Shown here one piece after another: positions 1 through 14,127 of a stretch of 64,000 bases of DNA. Position 1 is the stretch's first letter; each line of letters starts with the position of its first letter. The position numbers and the translations under genes were made by a program. The DNA is from Balanoglossus misakiensis (lineage: Eukaryota; Animalia; Hemichordata): assembly GCA_040954595.2 (NCBI GenBank), contig CM082578.2, positions 1,222,831 through 1,286,830 on the forward strand, read 5' to 3'. Under the pieces are notes generated by a model. That model searched no databases. It was not told the DNA's origin and was given only the letters and a program-made list of their open reading frames with translations.

Positions 1-601
1 AGTGGCCAGTGTCGTGCCCATCAATTTTGAGTGTTTGGTGGGGTCAACCTTTGCGTAAACCTTGATTAACCAGGCCATGCAGAGCTAGTGGCCAGTGTCG
101 TGCCCATCAATTTTGAGTGTTTGGTGGGGTCAACCTTTGCGTCAACCTTGATTAACCAGGCCATGCAGAGCTAGTGGCCAGTGTCGTGCCCATCAATTTT
201 GAGTGTTTGGTGGGGTCAACCTTTGCGTCAACCTTGATTAACCAGGCCATGCAGAGCTAGTGGCCAGTGTCGTGCCCATCAATTTTGAGTGTTTGGTGGG
301 GTAACCTTTGCGTCAACCTTGATTAACCAGGCCATGCAGAGCTAGTGGCCAGTGTCGTGCCCATCAATTTTGAGTGTTTGGGGGGGTCAACCTTTGCGTC
401 AACATTGATTAACCAGGCCATGCAGAGCTAGTGGCCAGTGTCGTGCCCATCAATTTTGAGTGTTTGGTGGGGTCAACCTTTGCGTCAACATTGATTAACC
501 AGGCCATGCAGAGCTAGTGGCCAGTGTCGTGCCCATCAATTTTGAGTGTTTGGTGGGGTCAACCTTTGCGTCAACATTGATTAACCAGGCCATGCAGAGC
601 T
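1..601. repeat. 86-bp tandem repeat, ~7 near-identical copies, runs off the window start
   Basis: Unit agtggccagtgtcgtgcccatc...ccatgcagagct recurs at 1, 87, 173, 259 etc. Confidence 0.95.
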
Positions 602-1754
602 ACATGTATGTTGCCTGTAAGGCACACATCTCCAATTGGTACATTGGGCCTATCATACTGTACATGTACAACTAGGAAAATGTACTTCATCATATTTCCA
701 TAGTCAGCAGCTTCAAGAACATGTTGCCTTCTCTATATGAATGTTTAGACTAAAAAGAAGTATAAGAAGAATAAAGTTGTCCAATTATTGTTGGCAGGGG
801 GTGGGGATGTGTGCTCCCATACAAATGTATATGGGTATGTACTCTTTAAAGGTCACATGTCATGCTTTGGAAAGTTTTCATTTTTCCACGTCAAAAGCTC
901 ACCTAGAGTACCTGTCTATGCATTGCCTATTGTGTCGGTTCTGAAAAATGTGCACGAATGCCGGAATTTGCCATCTTTTTTCATGCCTGTGATCAGGGAG
1001 CCACTTCGCACTCGAGCCAGGCGAAGGTATTTGCATATGGACAAACAAGTACACTATGTCCTAGTGTACCATTCTGCTAACAGTAAAGTGTAATTAGCAG
1101 TCCATGAGTATTTAAGTCCACAGACAAAGACAAGCTATATAAACAGTGTTCAAAGCAAATGAAGCCCTTGCCTCACATTACAGGCAGAGGATTTACGAAG
1201 GTGTGAAAGACTATTTGTCCACATCAAGATAAGTCTTCGACTGAGTTGGGTTAGGGGTACACGCCCACCCGCCACTTTTACTTGCTTGTTATCTAAGCAC
1301 AAGGGGCAAAACGCATTGCAAGATAGTAACATATGTTAACTTCAAGACCCAAATAGTGATTTTACGCGTGGTTGTATAGGGCATGGCACGTGACCTTTAA
1401 GAAAAACCTTCATATGCAAGAGAAAAATGGTAAATGACAAAGAAAATTTGACTGGTATTACAATAGGTCGGGTTTTTGGCATTTACACATATTGATGTTA
1501 TCAACCGGGAAGCACACTACGTGCTGAAAATAATTGGAGACCTCTCGCCCGGGGTGTCGGCCAGTGGCCACATACATTTCCAGTCCTAAACCTTGCATCA
1601 GTTCTGTGGTGCGGATTAAGAAATAAGATTGGCGCTACAATATGCCCACTTAGTTTGAAATGGATTCTGCATATATACATGTAAACACATTGAAAATGAG
1701 ATATTACACATATAATCATGGGACAAGAAGGGCAAAAATTAAATTATCCAGCAG

Positions 1755-2450
1755 GTGTTCGAATTATGCAAATTAGAACAGTTGTCTAATATTGCCATGT
1801 CAACCACGTTGAAATTGTTTTAGGTACCCATATTAATTAAAACCGTGAAAATGCGACATTACACACCATATAAGACAAACCAGGGAAATGTACATGTTAG
1901 AGAAGTTTGTCGGCCATTTTGGATTATGCAAATTAGAACAGTTGTCTAATATTGCCATGTCAACCACGCTGAAATTGTTTTAGTTACCCATATTGATGAA
2001 AACCCTGCAAATGCGATTTTAGGCACCATATAAGACAAAACAGGGAAATTTACATTTAAGAAGAGTTTGGTGGCCATTTTGGATTATGCAAATTAGAACA
2101 GCTGTCTAATATTGCCATGTCAACGACGTTGAAATTGTTTTAGGTACCCATATTGATGAAAACCCTGCAAATGCGATATTACACACTATTAAAGACAACC
2201 ATAGTAAATTTACATGTTAGAGAAGTTTGTCGGCCATTCTAGATTATGCAAATTAGAACAGCTGTCTAACATTGCAATGTCAACCACGTTGAAATTGTTT
2301 TAGGTACCCATATTGATGAAAACCCTTCAAATGCGATACTACACGCTATTTAAGACGACCATAGGAAATTTACATGTTAGAGGAGTTTGGCGGCCATTTT
2401 GGACTATGCAAATGAGAAGAGTTGAACAAAAAATGCCATATTTGCAATGC
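1755..2450. repeat. 160-bp diverged tandem repeat, ~4.3 copies
   Basis: ttatgcaaattagaacag...attgccatgtcaac recurs at about 1764, 1924, 2084, 2244, 2404. Confidence 0.9.
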
Positions 2451-2875
2451 TGTTGTCTTGTTTTGGGTGCCTATGTTAAGGCTTGAAAATGAAAGCTTAT
2501 TCACCATTTTGGCACAAACAGTGGCGAGAAGGTGTTCCAATGTAACTTAGAAGAGTTGCCATATTTGCAATACAGTTATATTGTTTAAGGTATGAATGCA
2601 AATCCTGAATATTAGATTTATAACAATTTCATTGGAAAGAACATTTGTAGGTTCATCATTGACCCCATAGGACTGTCAACTGGACTACAGACAGTCTCGA
2701 TGAACACAAGACATGATCCCAATTTGCAAGCTGAGTTGAAACTGACTGCTGCAGTAACTTTAGCTCTGGGAATGTCTTGTGTGATTTAAAGCAATTGATG
2801 ACCAAATTTAACACAGTTTCTCTGAGGTAACCACTTAGCTTTCGTGACTGGTTGTTTAAGAATCCAAAAAACATG

Positions 2876-3700
2876 AATTCTACCCAATGAATTCAACCCT
2901 TAGAATTTCACAACTGTAACAGAGTTTGCAGTCATGCACAAAAGTGTGTATCATACACATAAGAAATTTCTCACATGTATTTTTATGATGGCAACACATT
3001 TAACTGTAAACAAACATTGACATCAGTCAGTAGCGCTATTTTGTCAGTGAAATGGCTTCATCATCATCCCTCAAACCAAAGTTGAAACTGAGTTGCAAAT
3101 ATTGCACAGCTTGAAATCATAAAATGTTGCAAAATTGAACCAACAGTTCGGTCAATGATCAAGTTCTTACAGCTATTATTAGAACCAGACAATCTCAGCG
3201 AACAAGAGACATGGGCCTTATTTGCAAGTCGAGTTAGAACTGCCTTTGCCTGCCCACGGACGCCCCAGTTTCAGCAAAAATTATTGCATTAAAATGTGAG
3301 TATGGAGAACTATGCTCTGTGTTCCTTTTGTTAGCTTACATAGCTGTTGTCATTCTAGTTTTTCCTCTGTCCTGTGAACAGAGTTTCAGTTGCGAAAACC
3401 GACAGTTCTCAAAGTACAAAAGTACACCTAAATTGCCTCGGTGATGAGCATGCAGATTTTATCTGATGCTTTTTACTGGCAGAAGGACCCCACCAGTTGC
3501 AGATTGTCAATTCCATGGCACAAGGGAATTTACGCTTTGCGTTCAAATATAAATAATTAAAACCTGTTTAATTTTTCTATATGTTCTTCAGTGATGATTC
3601 AAAAGTATTAAGACTGCTAGTGTGATTAATATTCTATTTTCAAAATGTGTTTCTCTTAATGATTATGAATACATCAAAATTTATGCTTTAAAATTATATC
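2876..3700 (+). repeat. ~0.8-kb dispersed repeat module; inverted copy at ~8715-9530, direct copy at ~19455-20290
   Basis: 3150-3550 is a near-exact reverse complement of 8880-9330; 2876-3270 is collinear with 19458-19840. Confidence 0.85.
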
Positions 3701-6700
3701 ATTTTACCTGAAATATTGCAAATATTTGGAGGGTTGCATTTAATTTGAAGTTCTCGATCAAAGTTTTAGGCATAAAAAAGGTGCTACACCCCCGAAAAAT
3801 TGGTAGCTATGAATTCAATTCAAAGAGTGTTGAAATGTCTGTTTTGCAACAGGGTGCCAGTTCAACAAAGCGCATGAGGATAGTAAATCACCTTTGTGAA
3901 TTTTGTGCACCACAGTAAGAATTCCCTAGAAACTGCAGACTAAATTGCAAAGCAATCAGACAAAAATGGCAGAAATTGCCAACACAAAAAAAAACAATAT
4001 TGTCACTTCCATCACTGGGTTTGTTAAATTGTCATAAAATCACACCTAAGAACATGCAAACCAAATTTTAAAAAAAATGTGGGTAGAGGTTTCTGAGTAT
4101 ATGACGACCAAAATCACCCCAAAAATATACTTCAAAAATGAAAAACAAAATCTGTATAAAGTCTCAATAACATAAATACACACCAATTTCTAAAGCAATC
4201 TGACCAGTACCTTCTTGAGTTTCTGAGTTTAGAACAATTTCACATTGGTCCCAATGGTATATTGACATATACAAAATTGGACCTAAAGAGTAAAACACAT
4301 TTCAAAGATTTTACAATTAAAGCCTCACAAGCTGCCAAATTTTACACATCTTTTTCCACAATAACATTTTTCAAATCATCCACCTATCCTTTAAAATCAG
4401 CACCATTGAGCCATATTACTTGAATTTGCATGGGGTTTGTCATCTCTCTGCGATGTGTACCCTCCATATGGAGGCTGATTAAAACAGGTGTGGCGCTCGT
4501 TTAATATCTGACTTCTTTAAATTGCAACATACAGGCACATTCATTAGTCAATAAAATGTTCATGTATACCTATCAGTCAGTTTGTTTAGATGAACAAATC
4601 TAAGATGGAAAGTAATATCATGAAAATACTGTAAGATTGGAAACTCTGAGTTTGAGTCTAAGGATAACAAGGGAACCTCTCTACTATTTGAAGCACCAAA
4701 GCTATGAAAAACTTCCTTCTTTCCCTCAAATATTTTTTATGAATATGTTCTACTCCGTGATTAAAATTTCCCTTTTACCAAATGTACATATGTAAGAGAC
4801 AAGATTTTTTCAGCAAAATTTCAAATGGCCTAGGGTGACTTTTTACCTACTTACCCATATTGGGTAGCATGAAACACAGAATGGCATACCAGTGGGTTAG
4901 AGATACAGCGTTTTATATTAACATGAATTAACATGAAACTAAAAATTTGATGGTTTACTTAGGACTGCCTTGATCCATGGTAACCTCATTAAATATGTAC
5001 ATATCTAATTCTAGGCTATCCAGTTGCGGTTGAAACCTGGACATGGACAACTTTGGGGTCAAAATCTTTTGACAAAATGTTTGGTGATCTTGGGTAAACT
5101 TTGACCTACATTCCTATATCTTGGCATCCGGCACAGATACATTCTTGACACTTGGAGTGATGATACTGCATAATGGAGTATTATGTCTCAGCTAGTCACA
5201 GTGCTTTTGCTGTGTTTTATGTCTTTTATTCAGCCAAATTAGATGTTTTTCATTACACATTGGCTGTGTTTGCCAGTACTTTTTAGCTGGTCACACTGCC
5301 TTAACACAATGTATTCTCAAAATACTCTGCAATCTTTATGAAGCATATACAGCAGACAAAGTTGTGGTAAGACTGAACTTGCCCTTCTTTGTGATTAAAG
5401 CATGACCGGCCTGTCTTAGGTGGCCCCTACCTAGGGGCTTTACCCGTCATTGGCTCACAGTCTGAGAAATCAGCTCTGCAGGGAAGTTAATGATGTAACC
5501 CACCATTAAAGCTTGGATTTCCGCTTTTTGTATTTGATGCCTGGCTGAGGCCTTCTTAGGATCTACCCAACGCTGAGTAGGCTATCCCGTCATTGGCACA
5601 CAGTCTCAGGGAGGGAGTCAAAAGTTCAGTATACCATCAAAGCCTTTATATTGTCCATTCTTTTTAAGAGAAGGCTGGCTGCTGTAGAAAAATGTTGATC
5701 TCAAATTTATCATGTCCAAAAAGCCAGACTTCCAGCCCTATTGGTTAGGCTGGCATTAGGTAAGTACATAATTAATGAGGCAAGACATAATACTCAATCA
5801 AATAGTTCCATCACTCCAAGTGTCAAGGTTGTATCTGCTCCGGATGCTAAAATATAGGAATGTAGGTCAAAGTTTACCCAAGATCACACAAATGTTTGTC
5901 AAAAGATTTTGACCCCGAAGTTGTCCATGTCCAGGTTTCTACTTCAGCTGAATAGCCTAGAATTAGATATGCACATATTTAACGAGGTTACCATTGCTCA
6001 GGGGGGTCTTAAATTAACCATCAAATTTTAGTTTCATATTAATGCATATTAATATAAAACACTGCATCTCTAACCCTACAGGTAAGCCTAGAATTAGGTA
6101 CATGTACATGCGTAAGTGTTTGACAAGACAGTTAAGCTGTAATATATATACATGAACCTTGACAATTGACTTAAAATAACATAAAGGCAGAACTGATACT
6201 GATTGGAGATAGATATTACTAATGACAGTGATGTTTATTACACCAGGAATGTTTGTCTTAGTATACGGTAGCTAACCGACTGCTTGAGGTTAAGTAATGA
6301 AAGTGCCCACTTGCGATTCACCTTCAAATAGCTACTTAGTCTTTGGTACATGTACATTGTTTTTCCAATGATTAGACAAAGGATATACATACGTGTAATT
6401 AAGGTTGGGTAGCATTTTCAATGTAATAAGCCCTGCCTTCACTATAATCTTACACCAAATCAACACTGTTCAGTAATGTGATAGGCTTCAAAGCGACGCT
6501 AGTTACATCATAATTCCCAGCAAGGGGTATTAGTTTATTGGGCAAGTGGCATGAGTGAGGCCAGACATTAGTTTTGGAAGCAAAGCGGACAGAACACTGC
6601 CGGGCATAGACTAGGTAGTTCTGAATGTGACCATGGACGTTACCACATTAGACTCTGTATTGTAAGTTTCTGAAGAATCGCAAAAAATCATCAACAGTCT

Positions 6701-7599
6701 ACATGTACTTCAACCTTGTGAGAAGTACTGTATAACACACAGGATATACTAGTCACTGTTGGTCAGGTTATTACACACTGTGGTCCCATCTGGGGATTAC
6801 ACAAAATTAGGTATGTCTGTGTTCATGGGAAAAATCATGTGACATTGGCAAGCAGATATGACCTACTGTAAGAACATTTCAAAGGAACCAGACAAGTATT
6901 TTAGGGAAAACAACATTCAACAATGACTGCCTGAAACCACATCTATCCAACGATCAACAAATTGTATAACATCTACTTCAATCACCACGCCTACCAAAGT
7001 TGAAAGCAATCTGACTAGTAGTTTCAAAGAATACAAATTGCAAAAATTGCCCCAAGACCACAATATGTAAATTTCACCAAAATGATATACAACATTACTT
7101 GGGTTACCTCTTGGAACAAGCATACCAAAATTTAAAAGCAATCTAAGGAGTTTCTCAGAAAATGAATTTTGACCAAAAATGACAGATTACAAATTCTGCG
7201 ACAATTTAAACAAAACCAACTAAGATCACCTACCGGAAGTGTCATACTAAATTCTAAAGAAATCAGCCAATCTCTTTAAGAGGAAAAGATTTTTTTTCAA
7301 ATGGTAAAACAAGACAAAATAATTGCATAAAAAATAGACAATTCACGATATAAACTCAAAGTATATCAGGTATGATGACATTACCTACATGCATACAAAT
7401 GTTCAAAGCAGTCTAACCAGTTGAGTTTTGATCAATTCCACATATTTCACAGGTTATTTGCGTATTTTTGCAATGACAACTTCATTTAAGCAAAATCCCA
7501 TCTACACACCAAATATCAAGGTGATACGCGAAGTGGTTTCATGTTTTGGATCAGGGCAGACATACATCCATATATACATGTAACATGCATACACACATG

Positions 7600-7702
7600 T
7601 ACACACACACACAAACACATGCATACATGCATACATACATACATACATACATACATACATACATACATACATACATACATACATACATACATACATACAT
7701 AC
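7600..7702. repeat. (CA)n/(TACA)n microsatellite
   Basis: Direct read of sequence. Confidence 0.95.
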
Positions 7703-8580
7703 AGAGGGAAACGGTCTGGTAATCAATGTTGTGACACTAGCATTAGGCCTTAAACCCCGGTACGGAAAGTACTGGGGTTCGGATTAACGTGTGTTTGTAC
7801 AGTTGTTTATTTGGGAGTGGTCGTCGTGCATAATAACTGTGTAATTGATCTCATGTACATAGAAAATAATTGAACACTTTACACCTCTATGCGATTGACA
7901 GCTGTTTGAATGGCGTGGTTATTGTTTCCCAGGGATGCTTCTGAAAAGCACTGAAACCAGATTTCTCCCAAAATCATCGTTGTTTCAAAAGCTCGTGTAC
8001 TTTTTCATCAATAACTTTATGTTGTGTGTGTTTATAAAGCCAACCACTGTCGTTGTGTGGTGTAATTCTTTATGCTTGGATCTGTTTGGGCCGATTTTCA
8101 TAGAGCCAAGGTCGTTGGTGTTGTCTGTTGTCAGTCAAACGGCATTAAGATTCGCCACTGATTTGGGGGGTCTTTTATACCACGCATCGGGGTTTAATAA
8201 TGTTTACGATATCAGGACAATTTATATCATATGAAGTTTTATGTATTCATAATTATTATACATCTAGTGCCGAGAACAATAGATTTTGGCGTGCAATAAA
8301 AAGCCGTACGGAACGGTACGTACGGAACGCGCGTTAAATAAGTTTTAGGTTTCAAGGCGCCCCCAACTCACCGTGTACAGGTATGCGTTGTTATGGTTGT
8401 GGACGGTTTCAAGACACCCCCACTCCAACGCACGTGCGCGCACGTAAACAAAAAACAAAGATGGCTGCTCACTGAGTCAACTGAGCGGTTTTCGATCGAT
8501 TGTATCGGCATTTTTGGCGTTTTGAAAGCCAAGTAACATGCAACACAAGAACTAACGGAGATGTAAGATGTATAATAATA

Positions 8581-8709
8581 AGGTTATTACAAAAATACCG
8601 CAAAGTATGCACTCGGACATTAGCGCAGCGCATCGCCCTCCGCTACGCGTCGGGCGATACTTGGCGCTAATGTCCTCGTGCATACTTTGCGGTATTTTCG
8701 TAATAACCT
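8581..8709. repeat. ~130-bp near-perfect hairpin, probably an end of a non-autonomous element
   Basis: aggttattacaaaaataccgcaaagtatgcac ... gtgcatactttgcggtattttcgtaataacct. Confidence 0.8.
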
Positions 8710-11700
8710 CATATTATTCAGAGAAGAAAATTTTTAAAAATGTGAAATTGTTATCAATCGGATGTGCACTGACAGCATGCTTATATGGAATACAGGTACT
8801 CTAACACAATCAGTCATAACACTTTTGAATCATCAATAAATAACATATAGAATAATTTTACAGGATTTAATTATTTATATTTGAACGCAAAGCGTAAATT
8901 CCCTTGTGCCATGGAATTCACAATCTGCAACTGGTGGGGTCCTTCTGCCAGTAAAAAGCATCAGATAAATTCTGCATGCTCATCACCTAGGCAATTTAGG
9001 TGTACTTTTGTACTTTGAGAACTGTCGGTTTTCGCAACTGAAACTCTGCTCACAGGACGGAGGAAAAACTAGAATGACAACAGCTATGTAAGCTAACAAA
9101 AGAAACACAGAGCATAGTTCTCCATACTCATATTTTAATGCAATAATTTTTGCTGAAATTGGGGCGTCCGTGGGCAGGCAAAGGCAGTTCTAACTCAACT
9201 TGCAAATCAGGCCCATGTCTCTTGTTCCCTGAGACTGTCTGGTTCTAATAATAGCTGTAAGAACATAATCGTTGACCAAACGGTTGGTTCAATTTTGCAA
9301 CATTTTATGATTTCAAGCTGTGCAATATTTGCATGAAGCCATTTCACTGACAAAATAGCACTACTAACTGACATCCATATTTGTTTACAGTCAAATGCAT
9401 TGCCATCAGAAAAATGCATACGAAAAAATTCTTATGTGAATAATACACACTTTCTTGCACAACTGCAAACTCTGTCACATTTGTGAAATTTTAAGGAAAT
9501 TCATTCATTGGGTAGCTTTATGAATTCTTAAACAAACTTAGTCATGAAACCTAAATGGTTACCTTACACATCTGGCGGCTCGACTTCTGTGATATGATAG
9601 TCTTCAATTAATGTGTATGTGATTCCATACAAATCCATATGATTACCTGAACGTACAAAACAAATTAAAAATTAAAAATAAATTAAAAATAAATAAGTAT
9701 CTCATACATATGCATAAGTGCTTGTGATTAATATATCCTGTATTTAAATAAACCTGTCATTTATTGACCTCGTTTTCCTATTAACCCAAAGGACTAGATT
9801 GCACTGTAATATTATTACAGCTTCATTTCAATGCAACAGGTACACTACATCATATTGGAGCAAATATGCCAGCTCAACATTGATATAAAGAGTGTCAAAA
9901 TATTGGTGGCTACAAAAGCTTGTGTCCCTTCAATCCATCCTCGCACTCAGGTGAAAACGAACGTCATTAGTTTTTGGGAAAAAACCTCTGAAATCAATTT
10001 CGGTGAGGCCAAATGTGTTCCAAAGGCAAACCGTTTCTGGTAAACAAATCAATGGCAAATAATTACTTCGGCGACATACCAATCAGTCAACATGGCTGCC
10101 TAATCGTTGGATAGCCCGGTTTCATCTCGCGATCATTCTATCTTCCGATATGGCGTTGCATGGTTAAATTCGTCTCTTCTTTGCCGACATAGTCGGGCGA
10201 CAGCGGTCCAGAAGCATAGGCAGCGACGCCATCTTGTTTACAATGTGAAGTATCGACTGCGCATGCTCAATAATTTTCCGCGGTTTTTTTTTTGCCAACG
10301 GCGCGCGCGCGGTGTCTGGTATAGAGAAAATAACATGCAAGTGCGCGATTATTCATTTGTAAAAAATCAGTTATACATTTGTCATCAACGTTTGAAAACT
10401 TTCAATGATCTTACCTCGGTAAGCATTTCAAATAGGTACATTTTTATTTAGAACCATCGTATGTGGAAAATAATAAAACACAGAGTGGGGATTGACCCTA
10501 TGTTTGACTTGATCATACCCAGCTCGGTTTGCGTTTTGTCATTGACGAGGGTGTCAGACTTTTGCTGAGAGAGTGAGTTTCTATAGCGTAAACGTTTATC
10601 GACTGGACTTTCTGTGCGCCAACAATTACATTATTTGTGGCCGGGGAACACGTGCAACTTTTGATGACTGTTTTTCTAGTGCCGTGTTTTTATCTTACGA
10701 CCTAGAATACCTGCTTGCGTCACTATGGTCTGCTCTGCACGTACTATGCTTTCCAGTTTATGTAGCTTGAAGTTGTACCACATTTTGGTTTCCGAGCTGT
10801 AGCGAACATAAAACCGAAACTAATAGCTACGTGTTTACCGCAGCGACTGCGTTTTTTTTGTTGAGCTCGCTAAATTCCAAGTATTCCCAACCTACAGTTT
10901 ATTCTCATGCAGCTCAGACTGAGGTCGCTTCTAAGAGAAAAAACAACAACATATTTTGGCTGCTGCCAGACCAGGAATGGAAAATCTTGAGTGGCGCTGG
11001 GCTGCATTTCTCTGTAGGACTGTAGTTGTATTGTGCAAGGGTTCGCCAGCATCGCCTTCAGACTTGTTGTCATAGTCACTGGTGGCGGTTTGTCCTGCAC
11101 TACTCGTCGTTCTATTTGATGTGGTGGTATTATTCCCAGATGTCTGTGCCGAGGATCCTGCCCGTTTTCCGATTCTCTTCGTTTTGTCGGCCATTTGCTT
11201 CACTTTTTCTGTCATTGTTGCGACGTCAGTCTCTGTTGTTGTTCGAAGGAGGCGAAAGTCCATTCACTATTAATAGCCGAATTTCCAAGATCGTCCGTTA
11301 ATTACAATGCGACGTCACGCTATCATGTCCTAAGAAAGACTACAGGGCACATTTTTTTTATCTCGTGCGCACGACTTACGTGTGCATGTGATATTTTCTC
11401 GTGAACACGAGTGCGCTCGCAATTTTCTCGTGCGCACGAGATATGCACGATATAGCATGTTTCTCGTGCACACGAGAAAACATCTCGCTGGAACAAGATA
11501 CTATCTCTTGCACAAGAAATAGAATAACTGGAAGCCACTATGATGTCTGCCACAGGCAAATTTAAATATTCCACTCTGGATCTTCTTTCAGCCCTTCGGA
11601 AAACATGAGCATTTATGAAATCCGGCTCTCAATTTTTCGAGAAGTTCCAGCAGTTGTGGTGTCGCCAAAAACGAATGTATGCCATTCCTGGCGGAAAAAA

Positions 11701-14014
11701 ATATGCAAGAGACGCTTGCAATACACTGCCATCTACCTGACCGCCCTACATGCCTTAATGTACGGTAGAAGGTCGGGCGGTAGGAAGAGTTCACCAAAAG
11801 AGGGCGCATTTTATCATCCATTGATTTATACTGTGTACGAGCAGAGAAGCCTCAGTGTTCGCGGTTAGAACCGTATCGGTAAGACAAAGACAGAAGAGTT
11901 GACAGACAACAAACTTATTCAGTTTATATCATATAATTCTTACTGTAAAACGTTCCCTGAATAAAGCATTGTGCTCATAAGAACATTGAAGATTGTCGCA
12001 TACAGACCGACACCCTTTTATCTATTGTAGGTATTGAATGGAACGCTAAATACCTGTGTATTTCTTATTCATTAAGCAATGATGTAACACAACAAGTTTC
12101 GGACAGTGTGAAGAAAGGGCCAAAGCACTCTTGCAAGTTAGTGTGGTGTACTCTTTTCCAACACTGCTGCAAGCTGTTCAGCACCTGATGCTGCTTGTAT
12201 CTCCGATGACAAATGGACAGTCTGTGTGCTGTCAAAGTAAATCCATCAATTTTGCGGAGCTGAAAGGAAAATGACAGCTTGTCAAACTCAAATCTGCCAG
12301 ACGAAATAGGGAAAGAAATGCATAACAGGTAATCCACCATACTATGAATTTTAGCCAGCATCCTATGAAATGCGGTGAAACGGAACTGCAATTAATTTTA
12401 AATGAATTCTGCTCAAATTGTTTTCTTAGTTCTCAACATTGGATTGGAACCGTTAAATATAATGTACCGTATAACATTATCATACAGGTTAGTATGTCAA
12501 ATATTTTTCCATTTGGCATTTTCTTCTTGAGGTCATTTCAACAGTATGCACACCACAGTTTGTGAGATATGGACAGAAACAAACATGAATCTATGCAATG
12601 TTATAATAGTATATTATTGTTAACAAGAAAGCGGCAACTCTCTGCCTGGCAGAGAATAATGATAGTCTTTTTGAAAAAAAAAGGGGCGTGCTGAGGATAT
12701 GGTCAGTCAAAAACATACATGTATAAGGTATGCCTGAACTAATTTTTAACATGGTGTACATAAATATTTATGCATTGTCACAATGACTGGAGGTCTTTAA
12801 ATGACCAAGCTGTATGGACACCTCATTCAATGTTACATATATTTGTTATTACATGTTTTATTGAAATTGCCAGTTGTCTGTTTTAATTCTGGCAGTTCTG
12901 CTGTGTCTTTTGTCTTGCCCTGACAGAATGCAGTAATATTTGCAGTACAAGAGGAGTGTCAGTAAATAGTGGAGCAATATCTTTCTACGAATGTACTCAT
13001 GCATTGCTCCGAAGTGAAGTACATTCGCAAAACCGGTTTGGGAAATCGGGACTCTTTTCAAGATAATACCACATTTTTGTGGATGTCACATGACATGGAA
13101 ACACTCTAGAATCACGATTGAGATAAGGTTTCGGTTTGATATACCACTTCCTTGTTATTTCAATCTGTATGTTTTCTTAACCCCCTCCCTCGAAAAAAGG
13201 TAATTGAGGTAATTGTAAAATTACCTGAAAACAAACAGGCTACTCTAGCCTCCATTTTATGAGGTTTGTGATGTAACATATTTTGAATTTCGTGAATCGA
13301 TCAAAAGTTTCCGTGCACCAACTATCAAAACTACACCAAAAAATAATTTGGGCAATTCATAAGGAGAATCTAGTGGGTCAGCGGCTATAGAACTGACGTA
13401 AGTGTAAGTATCAGAGGATTGTGGGTACGAGGCTGAGAAGAGCAAAACTCGAACACTCATGAAATCTACACGTGACGCCAAATTCTTTGTAATATGAACA
13501 GTGGAAAACTGCCATGCCATCCCTCTAAGTGCAAACTTCCAAAGATTTCAATCTGGTGATATTTAAAAAAAAATATTTTATTCAAATTCATGTGGTGATA
13601 TTTTAAAAAAAATATTTTATTCAAATTCATGTTATAAATTAAACTTGCATCTATGATATAGAAATGACTCTGTCTTATATAACAAAAATACAAATAACTT
13701 GGTTAGATGACCAAAGATTTCCCATCTCGAAAAGTTTCTACCAAAATGACTAACTCCAAATCTGCTAAGAGAGCCCTAGCAAATTTAATCACTGCACATT
13801 ACTCTCGATAAAACGAAATATTGCGCATTCATTTTGTCCTTGAATTGAAATGCATGGCCAGTGTTCATAGACTTCACACACACAGGATGTTTAAGGAGTT
13901 GAATTGTTATTGACAGCGACCAGGTCGGTAGATTCTATAGGATGAAGAAAAAATGAAAAGACAGTCAGTACATAGCTAAATTCTCCTATACAAGGGCGTC
14001 TTCAATTGGTACAG

Positions 14015-14127
14015 TGACTGACTGACTGACTGACTGACTGACTGACTGACTGAATGAATGAATGAATGAATGAATGAATGAATGAATGAATGAATGAATG
14101 AATGAATGAATGAATGAATGAATGATG
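14015..14127. repeat. Compound (ACTG)n(AATG)n microsatellite
   Basis: Direct read of sequence. Confidence 0.95.

Larger units (their letters stand above)
4650..10218 (+). repeat. Left arm of giant inverted repeat (carries a ~1-kb extra segment at 7753-8712)
   Basis: Collinear reverse complement of 18538-23415, e.g. 5200-5780/22250-22840, 9550-9920/19020-19450, 9950-10218/18538-18805. Confidence 0.85.

Noticed and set aside
1-601. Possible CRISPR array
   Set aside because: Units are contiguous identical 86-mers with no unique spacers, no cas genes, and a eukaryotic context.
7502-7753. CMYV/HTYI repeat ORFs
   Set aside because: Translations of the (TACA)n microsatellite.
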